Assembly: GCA_965219455.1 (NCBI GenBank)
Contig: OZ244744.1
Span: forward strand, 4,192,001-4,256,000
Direction: 5' to 3'
Length of the DNA stretch: 64,000 nucleotides
From: Candidatus Latescibacterota bacterium
GTDB lineage: Bacteria; Latescibacterota; UBA2968; GCA-2709665
Shown: piece after piece, positions 41,094 through 49,802 of the stretch
How positions within the stretch are numbered: position 1 is the first letter of the stretch
Layout: each line of letters opens with the position of its first letter
The notes under the pieces: model-generated
Database searches by the model: none
What the model was told of the DNA's origin: nothing
The model's input: only the letters and a program-made list of their open reading frames with translations
Translations under genes and position numbers: made by a program

Positions 41094-42110
41094 CTACCCG
41101 CGGCGTTTCCGTCCCCCGGATTTCATTTCATCCAGCTTGGCCTTTTGTTCATCCGTAAGGATGGCGTCGAGGTCATTCTCGAAATCTTCTTTCAATTCGT
41201 GCAGCGTGTACCTGAGACCCGAACGGTCGCCTGACTCCTGAGCACTGTCGATCGCGGATTTAACGTCGGCCTGGTAATCCTCATACAATTCCTTGAGGTC
41301 CGCGATCTGTTGGTCGCTCAGGCCAAGGGAATCGCTCAGTGCGGCGATGTAATTTCCCCGCCCGCTGTCCTTCCTCCGGGAGGTTGCATTGGCCTTGATT
41401 TCCTCGAGTCTGGTCTGTTGCTCGTCCGTGAGGACATCGTTGAAGTCCTCTTCGAATCCCAGTCTCAATTCCTTCAGACTCTCCCGAAGCCCTGTACGGT
41501 CTCCCGACGCTTTGGCGTTATCGATCAGGGCCTTGACGTCGGCCTGGTAGTCATCGTGCAGTTCATTCAGATCCGCGACCTGTTCGTCGCTCAGGCCCAG
41601 CGAGTCGGTCAACGACGCGATGTAATTCTCCCACGCTTTGTCCTTCCTCCGTGCGGCCGCATTGACCTTGATTTCCTCGAGTCTGGTCTGTTGCTCGTCC
41701 GTGAGGACGTCGTTGAAGTCCTCTTCGAATCCCAGTCTCAATTCCTTCAGACTCTCCCGAAGCCCGGTACGGTCTCCCGACGCTTTGGCGCTATCGATCA
41801 GGGCCTCGACGTCGGCCCGGTAGTCTTCATGCAGTGCATTCAGATCCGCGACCTGCTGGTCGCTCAGACCCAGCGAGTCGGTCAGCGCCGCGACATATCG
41901 TTCCCATCCATTGTGGTTCCCGCGCCGAAATTTGCTGTAATTGTCGCCATCAAATTTGGAACCTATCTCGTCCGTGGACGCCTTTGAGGCCTGAGATGAG
42001 CTTTCAGTGGATCCAGTCCCGGTTGGAGACTCGACGGGGATCTTGTTACCGCACCCGAGGAGTGTGAAGGAGACGACGACGGACGTGATGGCAAATCTGC
42101 GAAACGACAT
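41094..42110 (-). CDS. Lipoprotein with three tandem Spy/CpxP-like (LTxxQ) repeats
   Basis: Lipobox LLGC; three ~91-aa repeats 'LGLSDQQ...VLTDEQ'. Confidence 0.8.
   Translation of the reverse strand: MSFRRFAITSVVVSFTLLGCGNKIPVESPTGTGSTESSSQASKASTDEIGSKFDGDNYSKFRRGNHNGWERYVAALTDSLGLSDQQVADLNALHEDYRADVEALIDSAKASGDRTGLRESLKELRLGFEEDFNDVLTDEQQTRLEEIKVNAAARRKDKAWENYIASLTDSLGLSDEQVADLNELHDDYQADVKALIDNAKASGDRTGLRESLKELRLGFEEDFNDVLTDEQQTRLEEIKANATSRRKDSGRGNYIAALSDSLGLSDQQIADLKELYEDYQADVKSAIDSAQESGDRSGLRYTLHELKEDFENDLDAILTDEQKAKLDEMKSGGRKRRG
41120..41900. repeat. Intragenic tandem repeat with a 273-bp period
   Basis: Near-identical DNA blocks starting at 41401 and 41674 (TCCTCGAGTCTGGTCTGTTGCTCGTCCGTGAGG...); the third copy is more diverged. 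Confidence 0.85.
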
Positions 42111-42141
42111 TTCTGTTTCCTTTCTATCCCGGCTGATTCGG

Positions 42142-42657
42142 TCAAATCGAAGAGGGGCTGGCGTCGTTGCGGTCGGGACGTGGATGTCCCATTCCCTTCA
42201 AGCCCCTCCGGTAGCCACCCTTGCGCCACATCTTGCGAAATCCTTTTTTCGGACGATCCCTACGCATTTCGCGAAGCATGTTCCGTTGCTCCGGGGTCAG
42301 GACGCTGTTGACTTTGAGTCGGTGGTTGACCCGGTTTTCCAGGATCAGGGATCGGGCGTTGTTGACGGTGCCAACCCGCGCTTTGACCTCGGCAGGGCTC
42401 GGTTCGTCCTGCCCCATAGCGGCTCGGAGATCCAGCCTGGCCACCTTCAGGTCGGCGCGCAACTGCGCCATCTGTTTGGCCCGCTCCAGGTTGAGGCTTT
42501 CCAACCTGGTCCGCTGTTCTGCCGAGAGTTCCAGGGCTGCCATTGGCGACTTCCGGGCTTTCCAGCCACGTTTGCCGCGATGGGCGTTTGAGGGCAGCGC
42601 CCACGCGATGACAACAACGGGAATGAGAATTGCAGCGATGAAAGCTAGACGTTTCAT
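42142..42657 (-). CDS. Spy/CpxP/ZraP-family periplasmic protein
   Basis: Signal peptide; 'LELSAEQR' and 'VLTPEQR' LTxxQ motifs; AAGGAG RBS. Confidence 0.85.
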   Translation of the reverse strand: MKRLAFIAAILIPVVVIAWALPSNAHRGKRGWKARKSPMAALELSAEQRTRLESLNLERAKQMAQLRADLKVARLDLRAAMGQDEPSPAEVKARVGTVNNARSLILENRVNHRLKVNSVLTPEQRNMLREMRRDRPKKGFRKMWRKGGYRRGLKGMGHPRPDRNDASPSSI

Positions 42658-42748
42658 GGTTTGGCTCCTTTCGGTTTTCCCGGCTATTCGTCTTTAATGG
42701 CGGTTACCCGGCGTGTCGAGGATGCGCATCCAACAATGGCTTTACACC

Positions 42749-42780
42749 TTTGACAGATGGTTGCATCCGTGCGTTCCCTG
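42749..42780 (-). promoter_or_regulatory. ECF sigma promoter motif (copy 2)
   Basis: Minus strand CAGGGAACGC-N16-GTCAAA, matching the copy upstream of the ECF sigma gene. Confidence 0.7.
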
Positions 42781-42786
42781 ATGCGA

Positions 42787-43680
42787 TCAGAAATTGAATG
42801 TCCTGCCACCGGGTCTACGCCTGAAGCGGCGCTCCCATCCCATGCGTCGCTCGATGCCGGCAGTGATTTCTTTGAACTTCTCTGCCTGATTTGCACGCAG
42901 CAGGGTTTTGATTTCAGACCAGGTCTTCCCGGTTATGGACGCGAATTGCTCGTCGCGTTTCTGGAATATCCGGCGGGTTGCCTCCCGTCCGTCCTTCTCG
43001 ATCTGATCGATTTTGGCCCGTTGCTCGACCGATAAATCCAGGTTCCACCTTCGGTAGAGTCCTCGAAAGGGAACCGGTTTGCGTGCCTTGATTTGTTTCA
43101 ACTGCTGCGGGGCGAGCACGCCGTACATTTTTTCGCGTGTCTGTTCCACCCTTGTCCTCAACTGCTTTCGGATTTTCCTGCGCATTTTTTGCATCGACGC
43201 CCAATTCTTTTTGAGGATACTTCTCACGTTCGCCTGTTGTTCTTCGTCGAGGTCGAGATCCCTGGTGAGTTGTCGCAGGATAATTTCCGGAGACACGGGG
43301 CTTGTCAATTCGTCGAATCTCTCCTGCTGATCCGGCGTGAGTAGATCCCGAATCCTGGCCCACGTTTTTCGGGTGACCGACTCGGTCTTCGCGCGGATTT
43401 CCCTGCGCATTTTGCCCATCGTTAACCGACCTTCATCCAGGATCTTTTCGATTTCGGTCCGTTGCTCGCCGGTCAGTTCGAGGTTTCGAACGTATCGATT
43501 GAGCAGGCGTTCCGAAGTTGAGCCAAACGGGGGTGTGCGGCGGCGTTCAGACCGGTCGGAAATCCCTTGACCTTTGCCAGGGGGACCCCAGCGCTGGTAC
43601 GTGGCGCCCAGGGCTGCTCCGAGGACGAAAATGCCCAACGCAAGCAGGACGGCCTTCATGCGGGTGGCGTTTGTCGACAT
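42787..43680 (-). CDS. Membrane-anchored protein with multiple Spy/CpxP-like LTxxQ modules
   Basis: N-terminal TM 'LLALGIFVLGAALGA'; 'LELTGEQ', 'LLTPDQQ', 'LDLDEEQQ', 'LDLSVEQ'. Confidence 0.75.
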   Translation of the reverse strand: MSTNATRMKAVLLALGIFVLGAALGATYQRWGPPGKGQGISDRSERRRTPPFGSTSERLLNRYVRNLELTGEQRTEIEKILDEGRLTMGKMRREIRAKTESVTRKTWARIRDLLTPDQQERFDELTSPVSPEIILRQLTRDLDLDEEQQANVRSILKKNWASMQKMRRKIRKQLRTRVEQTREKMYGVLAPQQLKQIKARKPVPFRGLYRRWNLDLSVEQRAKIDQIEKDGREATRRIFQKRDEQFASITGKTWSEIKTLLRANQAEKFKEITAGIERRMGWERRFRRRPGGRTFNF

Positions 43681-43683
43681 GGG

Positions 43684-44127
43684 CTACCTCGTCTGCAGTA
43701 TATATAAAATGTCGTCGCGGGAAAGTTCGCCCTGGGAGAACATGCCAACGTCCGTTTCCGCCCACTGCACCTTCAGATAGTCTTCCAGCGTATATTCGGG
43801 CGCTTCGGTGGTGAGATTGCCCAGGACGGCCAGAAGCAGGACAGCGGCGGCCAGAATTGGAAGAAACCTCGTGCCTACCCATTCAAACTGTTTCCACGGC
43901 TCCGCGACGTCTTCGACGACAATATGCCGCGCAATGTGCCGCCAGAGCCCAGGCGGCGCGGATTCGGGTCTGGCGGCAAGCAGGCGTTGTATGCGCTTGA
44001 GATAATCCAGTTCTTCCCGACATGCGGCTGAGGCGGAGAGGCGCGCCTCAACCTCGCGCATTTGTTCGGCCGGCAGGTTGGATTCCAGATATGCGGGTAA
44101 AAGGGCCTTGACTTCGGAATCTTTCAT
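43684..44127 (-). CDS. Transmembrane anti-sigma factor (degenerate zf-HC2/ZAS)
   Basis: 'LLPAYLESNL...EVEARLSASAACREEL' plus one TM helix; ATGA overlap with the sigma gene. Confidence 0.75.
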   Translation of the reverse strand: MKDSEVKALLPAYLESNLPAEQMREVEARLSASAACREELDYLKRIQRLLAARPESAPPGLWRHIARHIVVEDVAEPWKQFEWVGTRFLPILAAAVLLLAVLGNLTTEAPEYTLEDYLKVQWAETDVGMFSQGELSRDDILYILQTR

Positions 44128-44714
44128 GGCGATGTACCCTCTTTCCACTCGTTGTATACGGGCCGTAGAAGATCCCTGAGATGTGCCCTGGCCCGAGAGA
44201 GACGAGATTTGACCGTACCTACCGAACAATTCAGCGTTTCTGAAATCTCTTCCTGCGACATTCCCTCGATATCTTTCAGCACGATAACCAGCCGATGGTT
44301 GGGCGAGAGTTGATTAAGAATTTTCTGTATGGTTTCCTGGAGCTGCAGCCGCTCGAAATCGCCGGCGGGTGTTCGGAATTCCCAGAGGTGTTCGGAAGAG
44401 AAGCGTCCGGACTCCAGGAGGGTATCGAGCGAGGTTGAATCTCGACGACGCTTCTCTTTTTGTGCCGCGTTGAGACAGACGTTAACGGCGATTTTATAGA
44501 GCCAGGTGTAGAACCCCGATTCCGCCCGGAATCTGGGCAGGGCCTGGTATGCTCGAATGAAGGCTGTCTGGGCGGCATCCCTGGCGACCTCCCGGTCTCC
44601 CAGAATTGAACAGGCCAGGTTGTAGAGGCGCCCTTCGTAACGTTCCACCAGTACCCGATACGCCTGATGATCTCCCTTCTGGCAGCGTCTGACCAGATCC
44701 AGCTCTTCACCCAT
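44124..44714 (-). CDS. ECF RNA polymerase sigma factor (RpoE/SigW-like)
   Basis: 'DAAQTAFIRAY', 'FYTWLYKIAVN', 'SQEEISETL..SVGTVKSRLSRAR'. Confidence 0.93.
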   Translation of the reverse strand: MGEELDLVRRCQKGDHQAYRVLVERYEGRLYNLACSILGDREVARDAAQTAFIRAYQALPRFRAESGFYTWLYKIAVNVCLNAAQKEKRRRDSTSLDTLLESGRFSSEHLWEFRTPAGDFERLQLQETIQKILNQLSPNHRLVIVLKDIEGMSQEEISETLNCSVGTVKSRLSRARAHLRDLLRPVYNEWKEGTSP

Positions 44715-44853
44715 TCAGGCTCCCGGAAACACGGCATAGATCCAAACCAACAGATATGGTGGCTGCATTTGGGCAACCGGCAGTGACATGAAAAACGGCC
44801 CCGCACTGCTTTGGGGGTTGGGCGTGCCGCCTGCATTTTGACTCTTCACACTC

Positions 44854-44885
44854 TTAGACATGCCCGTTGTGGCCGGCGTTCCCTG
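44854..44885 (-). promoter_or_regulatory. ECF sigma promoter motif (copy 1, probably autoregulatory)
   Basis: Minus strand CAGGGAACGC-N16-GTCTAA upstream of the ECF sigma gene. Confidence 0.7.
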
Positions 44886-44946
44886 CGGGCACGAAAATCC
44901 GGATGCTGTTGAACAACATCCGGCGGTTGATCTTTTTTCCGAGTAT

Positions 44947-46722
44947 TCACTCGGTGATTATATCCGCAAATGTATGGCCGGAGGGAATCATGGGAAGGAC
45001 ATGTTCCTGGTAGGGCACGATCACGTCGAGTAAGTAGGGGCCGGGTGTCTCGAGCAGGCATTCCAGGGCTCCCCGAAGGTCTTTCTTGTGTTCCACGCGA
45101 GCGGCTGGAATGCCGAATCCCTCGGCAATTTTGACAAAATTGGGATGGATGCCGCCATCCGGATCGCCTATAAACGTATGCCCGCGGTTGCTCTGATAGA
45201 ACCGGTCTTCCCACTGAACCACCATACCCAGATGCTGGTTGTTGATGATGATTGTCTTAACGGGCAGTTTCTCCACATATAGAGTGGCCAGTTCCTGCAC
45301 ATTCATAACAAAGCTCCCGTCGCCATCGACGTTGACGACCAGGTCGCCAGGTCGGGCCAGTTGCGCGCCCAGGGCGGCGGGTAGACCGAAGCCCATAGCG
45401 CCCAGCCCGCCCGACGTGAGCCAGTTGCGGGGCTCGTCGAAGAGGTAATACTGGGCGGCCCACATCTGATGCTGTCCCACTCCGGTGGAGACCACCGCTT
45501 TCCCTTCCGTTATTCGGTACAGCAGGTCTATGGCATGCTGCGGCAGGATCGCGTCGGCCGTTTCCTGGTAACCGAGCGGATATTTCTGTCGCCAGGTCTC
45601 CAAGTCGGCATGCCAGGCGGCGTAGTCTCCTGGCTCCACCTGCTTATTCAGGTCCTCAAGTGCGTATTTGACGTCGCTCACAACAGGAATGTGCGCGATT
45701 TTGTTCTTGTTGATTTCAGATGGGTCGATATCGACGTGCACGATTTTGCCGTGTTTGCAGAATTCTTCGAGCTTTCCGGTGACGCGGTCGTCGAAACGAA
45801 CGCCCATAGCCAGCAGCAGGTCCGCATGGTTGATCGCGTAGTTGGCGTATACTGTGCCGTGCATGCCGACCATCCTGAGCGAGAGCGGATGGGTTTCCGG
45901 GAAAACGCCCAGCCCCATGAGTGTTTGCACTACGGGTATATTGGTCTTACGGACGAGTTCTCGAAGCTGCTTGGCGGCACCGGCAGCCACGATGCCACCG
46001 CCGACATAAAGGACCGGTCGTTTGGCTTCGCGGATGGCGCGGACGACGTTATCGATGGCTTCGTTGTCGGCCCGGATATGTGGATTGTAGCTTCGAATGG
46101 CCACGCCATCGGGCCAAACCGGAGTATGCATTGCTTGTTGCACATCTTTCGGCACATCGATCAACACGGGTCCGGGACGGCCCGTGCTTGCAATGTGGAA
46201 TGATTCCTTTACAATACGTGGAATATCCTCTATGCGATCGATCAGGAAGTTGTGTTTGGTGATTTGCCGGGTGACCTCGATGATGGGCGTCTCCTGAAAG
46301 GCGTCGCCCCCCATCACGTGTGTCGCCACCTGACCCGTGATAGCCACGAGAGGAACGGAATCCATCTTGGCATCCGCCAATCCGGTGACCAGGTTGGTGG
46401 CTCCCGGCCCTGATGTGGCCAGACACACGCCGACCCTGCCAGATGCCTTGGCAAATCCTTCCGCGGCAAAGATCTCACCCTGTTCGTGCCGGCACAGTAC
46501 GTTGCGTATCCTGGACCGTGTGAGCGCCTGATGAATCTCCATACTGGCGCCGCCAGGGTATCCGAAGATGACATCGACACCTTCTCTGACCAGCGCTTCC
46601 ACCAGGATATCCGCGCCCTTCATTGGGGATGCGGGGGGCGAAGACGCGCCACCGATCCCCACCTGCTGTTCCGGGCGCCCGTTGGTCTCGGAAGCGCGAA
46701 TTTTCTCTGATCCCTTTGACAT
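44947..46722 (-). CDS. ilvB: Acetolactate synthase large subunit
   Basis: 'FGYPGGA', 'RHEQG', 'TSGPGATN', 'RFDDRVTG', TPP motif 'DGDGSFVMN...NN'. Confidence 0.95.
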   Translation of the reverse strand: MSKGSEKIRASETNGRPEQQVGIGGASSPPASPMKGADILVEALVREGVDVIFGYPGGASMEIHQALTRSRIRNVLCRHEQGEIFAAEGFAKASGRVGVCLATSGPGATNLVTGLADAKMDSVPLVAITGQVATHVMGGDAFQETPIIEVTRQITKHNFLIDRIEDIPRIVKESFHIASTGRPGPVLIDVPKDVQQAMHTPVWPDGVAIRSYNPHIRADNEAIDNVVRAIREAKRPVLYVGGGIVAAGAAKQLRELVRKTNIPVVQTLMGLGVFPETHPLSLRMVGMHGTVYANYAINHADLLLAMGVRFDDRVTGKLEEFCKHGKIVHVDIDPSEINKNKIAHIPVVSDVKYALEDLNKQVEPGDYAAWHADLETWRQKYPLGYQETADAILPQHAIDLLYRITEGKAVVSTGVGQHQMWAAQYYLFDEPRNWLTSGGLGAMGFGLPAALGAQLARPGDLVVNVDGDGSFVMNVQELATLYVEKLPVKTIIINNQHLGMVVQWEDRFYQSNRGHTFIGDPDGGIHPNFVKIAEGFGIPAARVEHKKDLRGALECLLETPGPYLLDVIVPYQEHVLPMIPSGHTFADIITE

Positions 46723-46820
46723 TTGCCAAATACTCCTGAGTTTAAGATGCCATTTTAAAATTATTTAATGCAAATTTAACACGTACTGGCGGTCCGTCAA
46801 ATTCGTGTGGTAAAGCCGCA

Positions 46821-46852
46821 AACAAAAAAGCCGTCGAATCGGCATCGACGGC
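46821..46852 (-). terminator. Attenuator terminator upstream of ilvB
   Basis: Minus strand GCCGTCGA-TGCCGAT-TCGACGGC-TTTTTTGTT; CGGCGGCGGCAGGGC at the end of the leader can pair with GCCCGCCGTCG. Confidence 0.8.
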
Positions 46853-46881
46853 GGGCTGAATTCGTGTATTTGCCAATATGG

Positions 46882-46989
46882 CTACGAGCCCTGCCGCCGC
46901 CGGGATACGGATACAAAAAGGCCGCTGTTCCGGTTTACGCTATTGTCGACCAGGACTGCAACGGGCATATCGCGTAAATTTAGAACCAT
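46882..46989 (-). CDS. ilvB leader peptide, Val/Leu-rich (35 aa)
   Basis: AAAGGA RBS; MVLNLRDMPVAVLVDNSVNRNSGLFVSVSRRRQGS* (7 Val, 4 Leu); too short for the supplied ORF track. Confidence 0.75.
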   Translation of the reverse strand: MVLNLRDMPVAVLVDNSVNRNSGLFVSVSRRRQGS

Positions 46990-47108
46990 GTGGAAATCCT
47001 TTACAACGGTTCCTGGCGGCCTTAGCTGCACCGCCGCCTCGAAACCCCGCCACGACGAAATGCCGGCGGGAGATGCGGTGACAGGTGATCTGCGTTTTTC
47101 AGGAAAGT

Positions 47109-47137
47109 ATAGTATCGGTTTCGAATCGAAAAGTCAA
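47109..47137 (-). promoter_or_regulatory. sigma70-type promoter of the ilvB leader
   Basis: Minus strand reads TTGACT-17 bp-TACTAT. Confidence 0.6.
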
Positions 47138-47365
47138 GGTGTTTTTGATTCCGTGCGGTCACGCCCAGGCAGACGGATGAATTCCCAGGAATCCAGTGCG
47201 GTGTCATTTGCGTCCGTGTGTCAAAAGTCTTGCAGGCGCATGCGGTATTTGACTATTTTGAGGGGGAGAACCCATGTTCTTTCGCCGTGACGTCCGAAAT
47301 GGAACGGAAACGCGTGGCCCCTACAGGCTTCCGGTAGAACACCCGTATATATCCGGGGCGGAACA

Positions 47366-48130
47366 TTAGCTCTCTTCCAACTCCCATATCTTGTCGCGGA
47401 TGGCTGCGGCGCGCTCAAAGTCTTCTTCCTCAACGGCTTGAGCCAATTCCTCTTTGAGTTTTTCCGCGGGACTCTGCGGACGTTTGCTCAGAATTTCGTC
47501 TTTGAGTTCTCTAAGGGAATCCTGAGAGCGCTTTTTTTCCATTTCGAACTCTTCGGCCTCCACACCCTCGAGGTTCGCGATCTTCGTTTGCGCGTCGTGG
47601 ATAATTTCGAGGGCTGTGTCGTAATCCTTCTGCTGGGTCGCGATCATCACCCTGGCGACGGCGTGGATTCTGAGAATGTAGGGCCACCACTTTTCAAGGT
47701 TTTTCCGGTCTTCTCCGCGTTCAGCATACCGGTTTACAAAGCGAAAGACGTCCATATTTCTTTCGGTATCGCGCACAACCCGGCTGTAATCTCTAATCTG
47801 GAGCAGAAATACGTATCGCTCGTATATCCGCCTGCTTTCATCGAAGATCTCGGAACAGGCGTGCTCGTCCAGATTGAAGCCGGCGGTCGATCCGGAAGCG
47901 CCCACGTGTTTCTGCAACAGTTTCTTTTGATAGTCCAGGACAAAGGTCTGATTGTAGGGCTTCTGGCCGTCGGGTCGGCCGTCCAGTTCCATTTGCAATA
48001 CGCCTTGAAACGCGCCTTGGTCCACACGCACCTGGATTTTCTCCACGCCCCCGGGATCGATTACTTTACGAATGCTGTTCTGTGGATCGTAAGGCCAGTT
48101 TTTCAGGATTGATCCAATATCTTCTGACAT
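47366..48130 (-). CDS. UvrB/UvrC-motif (UVR coiled-coil) containing protein
   Basis: C-terminal 'LAQAVEEEDFERAAAIRDKI'; N-terminal 'LQMELDGRPDG..P' and 'RDTERN'; start at MSEDI. Confidence 0.75.
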   Translation of the reverse strand: MSEDIGSILKNWPYDPQNSIRKVIDPGGVEKIQVRVDQGAFQGVLQMELDGRPDGQKPYNQTFVLDYQKKLLQKHVGASGSTAGFNLDEHACSEIFDESRRIYERYVFLLQIRDYSRVVRDTERNMDVFRFVNRYAERGEDRKNLEKWWPYILRIHAVARVMIATQQKDYDTALEIIHDAQTKIANLEGVEAEEFEMEKKRSQDSLRELKDEILSKRPQSPAEKLKEELAQAVEEEDFERAAAIRDKIWELEES

Positions 48131-48460
48131 CCCTGGGCTCCGGGGCTTGAACAAAATTGTCAGTCCATAAGGGTTAGCCGAAGGCCACCGGCAGAACAGT
48201 TGATCGACTGGTTCCACGGAACGCCGGCAGAGATAAATGTATATAAGTTCCATACAAAATCAAGCGTAAAGCCGACTGCCCGGACGATGTGTTCTGAAAT
48301 GCGAAACGACGGGTGAGACAGTGCCGCGAAGGGCTGAAACGGGGGAGCGGCCGATGGATGTAGAGACTGCCTCGAGGCGGGACGATGCCAAGACCTCAGC
48401 CATGGGGCATTGAAACGCATTTATTCCATTTTCGTCTTCTATTCCTATTTGGAGAGCCAT

Positions 48461-49774
48461 ATGCTGGCGATTGCGAGGTGTTTTCGATTTAAAGAGAAGG
48501 GGGCAACCTACCGTACGGAGGTGGTTGGAGGGCTTACTTCGTTTGTAACGATGGCGTATATAGCGGCAGTGAATCCGGGTATGTTGGCGGAAGCGTTGGG
48601 TAAGGATCTTTTTGGAGAACTGTTGTTCGCAACCTGCGTTTCAGCGGCACTGTCGACGTTGATAATGGGCGTTGTCGCGAACTACCCGTTTGCCCTGGCG
48701 CCAGGTATGGGATTGAATGCCTTTTTCACGTATTCGGTGGTACTGGGCATGGGCGTGCGTTGGGATCTGGCATTGGGCGTGGTTCTTGCATCCGGCATTC
48801 TATTTACGTTGCTGACGTTGATGCGGGTGAGGGAGGCCATTATCAACGCGGTACCCGATGCCATAAAACAGGCGACAGCGTGCGGCATTGGGCTGTTTAT
48901 CGCGTTTATCGGATTGAAAAACGCCGGAATCGTAGCGGGAAACTCCGCGACTCTGATTGCACTTGGCGACATCAGGAGTGGACCCGTGGGGCTTACGCTG
49001 TTGGGCGTGCTGGGCACAGGAGTGATGTTGGCAAGAGGTGTGAAGGGAGCCATATTGTTGGGGATGCTGGGCGTGGCGGTTCTGGGCATGATGACGGGCG
49101 TGACCTCCACGCCTCAGGGGCTTTTCAGTTTGCCTGCGTGGCCGGAGCGGTTGTTCGGGGTTGCGGCAGTCAACCTGACGGCGGCTTTAGATGTCGGCTT
49201 GATCGGCGTGGTGTTTGTATTTTTGTTTGTGGATATGTTCGACACGATGGGTACGCTGGTGGGTGTGTCCGGGAGAGCGGGGTTTCTGGATGAACGTGGT
49301 CGACTGCCGCGAGCCAACCGGGCGCTCCTGGCCGATTCATTGGGCACGATATTGGGTTCGCTCTTTGGGACGTCGACCGTGACGACGTATGTCGAAAGCG
49401 CGGCGGGTATTTCTGCCGGAGCGCGTACCGGTTTCGCCAGTGTGGTCACGGGCGCCATGTTTCTGCTGGCGCTTTTCTTTGCGCCGTTGGTGGAGGCCAT
49501 TCCGGCGTTTGCAACCGCGCCCGCGCTGATCGTGGTGGGTGTGCTGATGATGGCATCGGTGCTAAACGTGAATTGGCACGACGTCACCGATGCGTTGCCG
49601 GCCTTTCTGACGATGATCGGCATGCCGTTGACGTTCAGTATTTCGGACGGTCTTGCGATGGGGTTTATAGCGTTTCCCATTGTGAAACGGCTGGGAGGAC
49701 GTGGTGACGAAGTGAATCCCCTTGTGGACCTGCTGGCGGTGATCTTCATCGCCCGGTACCTGTTTATGGACTGA
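48461..49774 (+). CDS. NCS2/AzgA-family nucleobase permease
   Basis: 'TMAYI..VNP', 'ALAPGMGLNAFF', 'FDTMGTL', 'YVESAAGI..GARTG'. Confidence 0.92.
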   Translation: MLAIARCFRFKEKGATYRTEVVGGLTSFVTMAYIAAVNPGMLAEALGKDLFGELLFATCVSAALSTLIMGVVANYPFALAPGMGLNAFFTYSVVLGMGVRWDLALGVVLASGILFTLLTLMRVREAIINAVPDAIKQATACGIGLFIAFIGLKNAGIVAGNSATLIALGDIRSGPVGLTLLGVLGTGVMLARGVKGAILLGMLGVAVLGMMTGVTSTPQGLFSLPAWPERLFGVAAVNLTAALDVGLIGVVFVFLFVDMFDTMGTLVGVSGRAGFLDERGRLPRANRALLADSLGTILGSLFGTSTVTTYVESAAGISAGARTGFASVVTGAMFLLALFFAPLVEAIPAFATAPALIVVGVLMMASVLNVNWHDVTDALPAFLTMIGMPLTFSISDGLAMGFIAFPIVKRLGGRGDEVNPLVDLLAVIFIARYLFMD

Positions 49775-49802
49775 GAATATCCGCTTCCAGGATGGCTCGA
49801 CT

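Noticed and set aside
41120-41900. CRISPR-like or non-coding repeat array
   Set aside because: The repeats are 273-bp in-frame coding units with no unique spacers and no cas genes.
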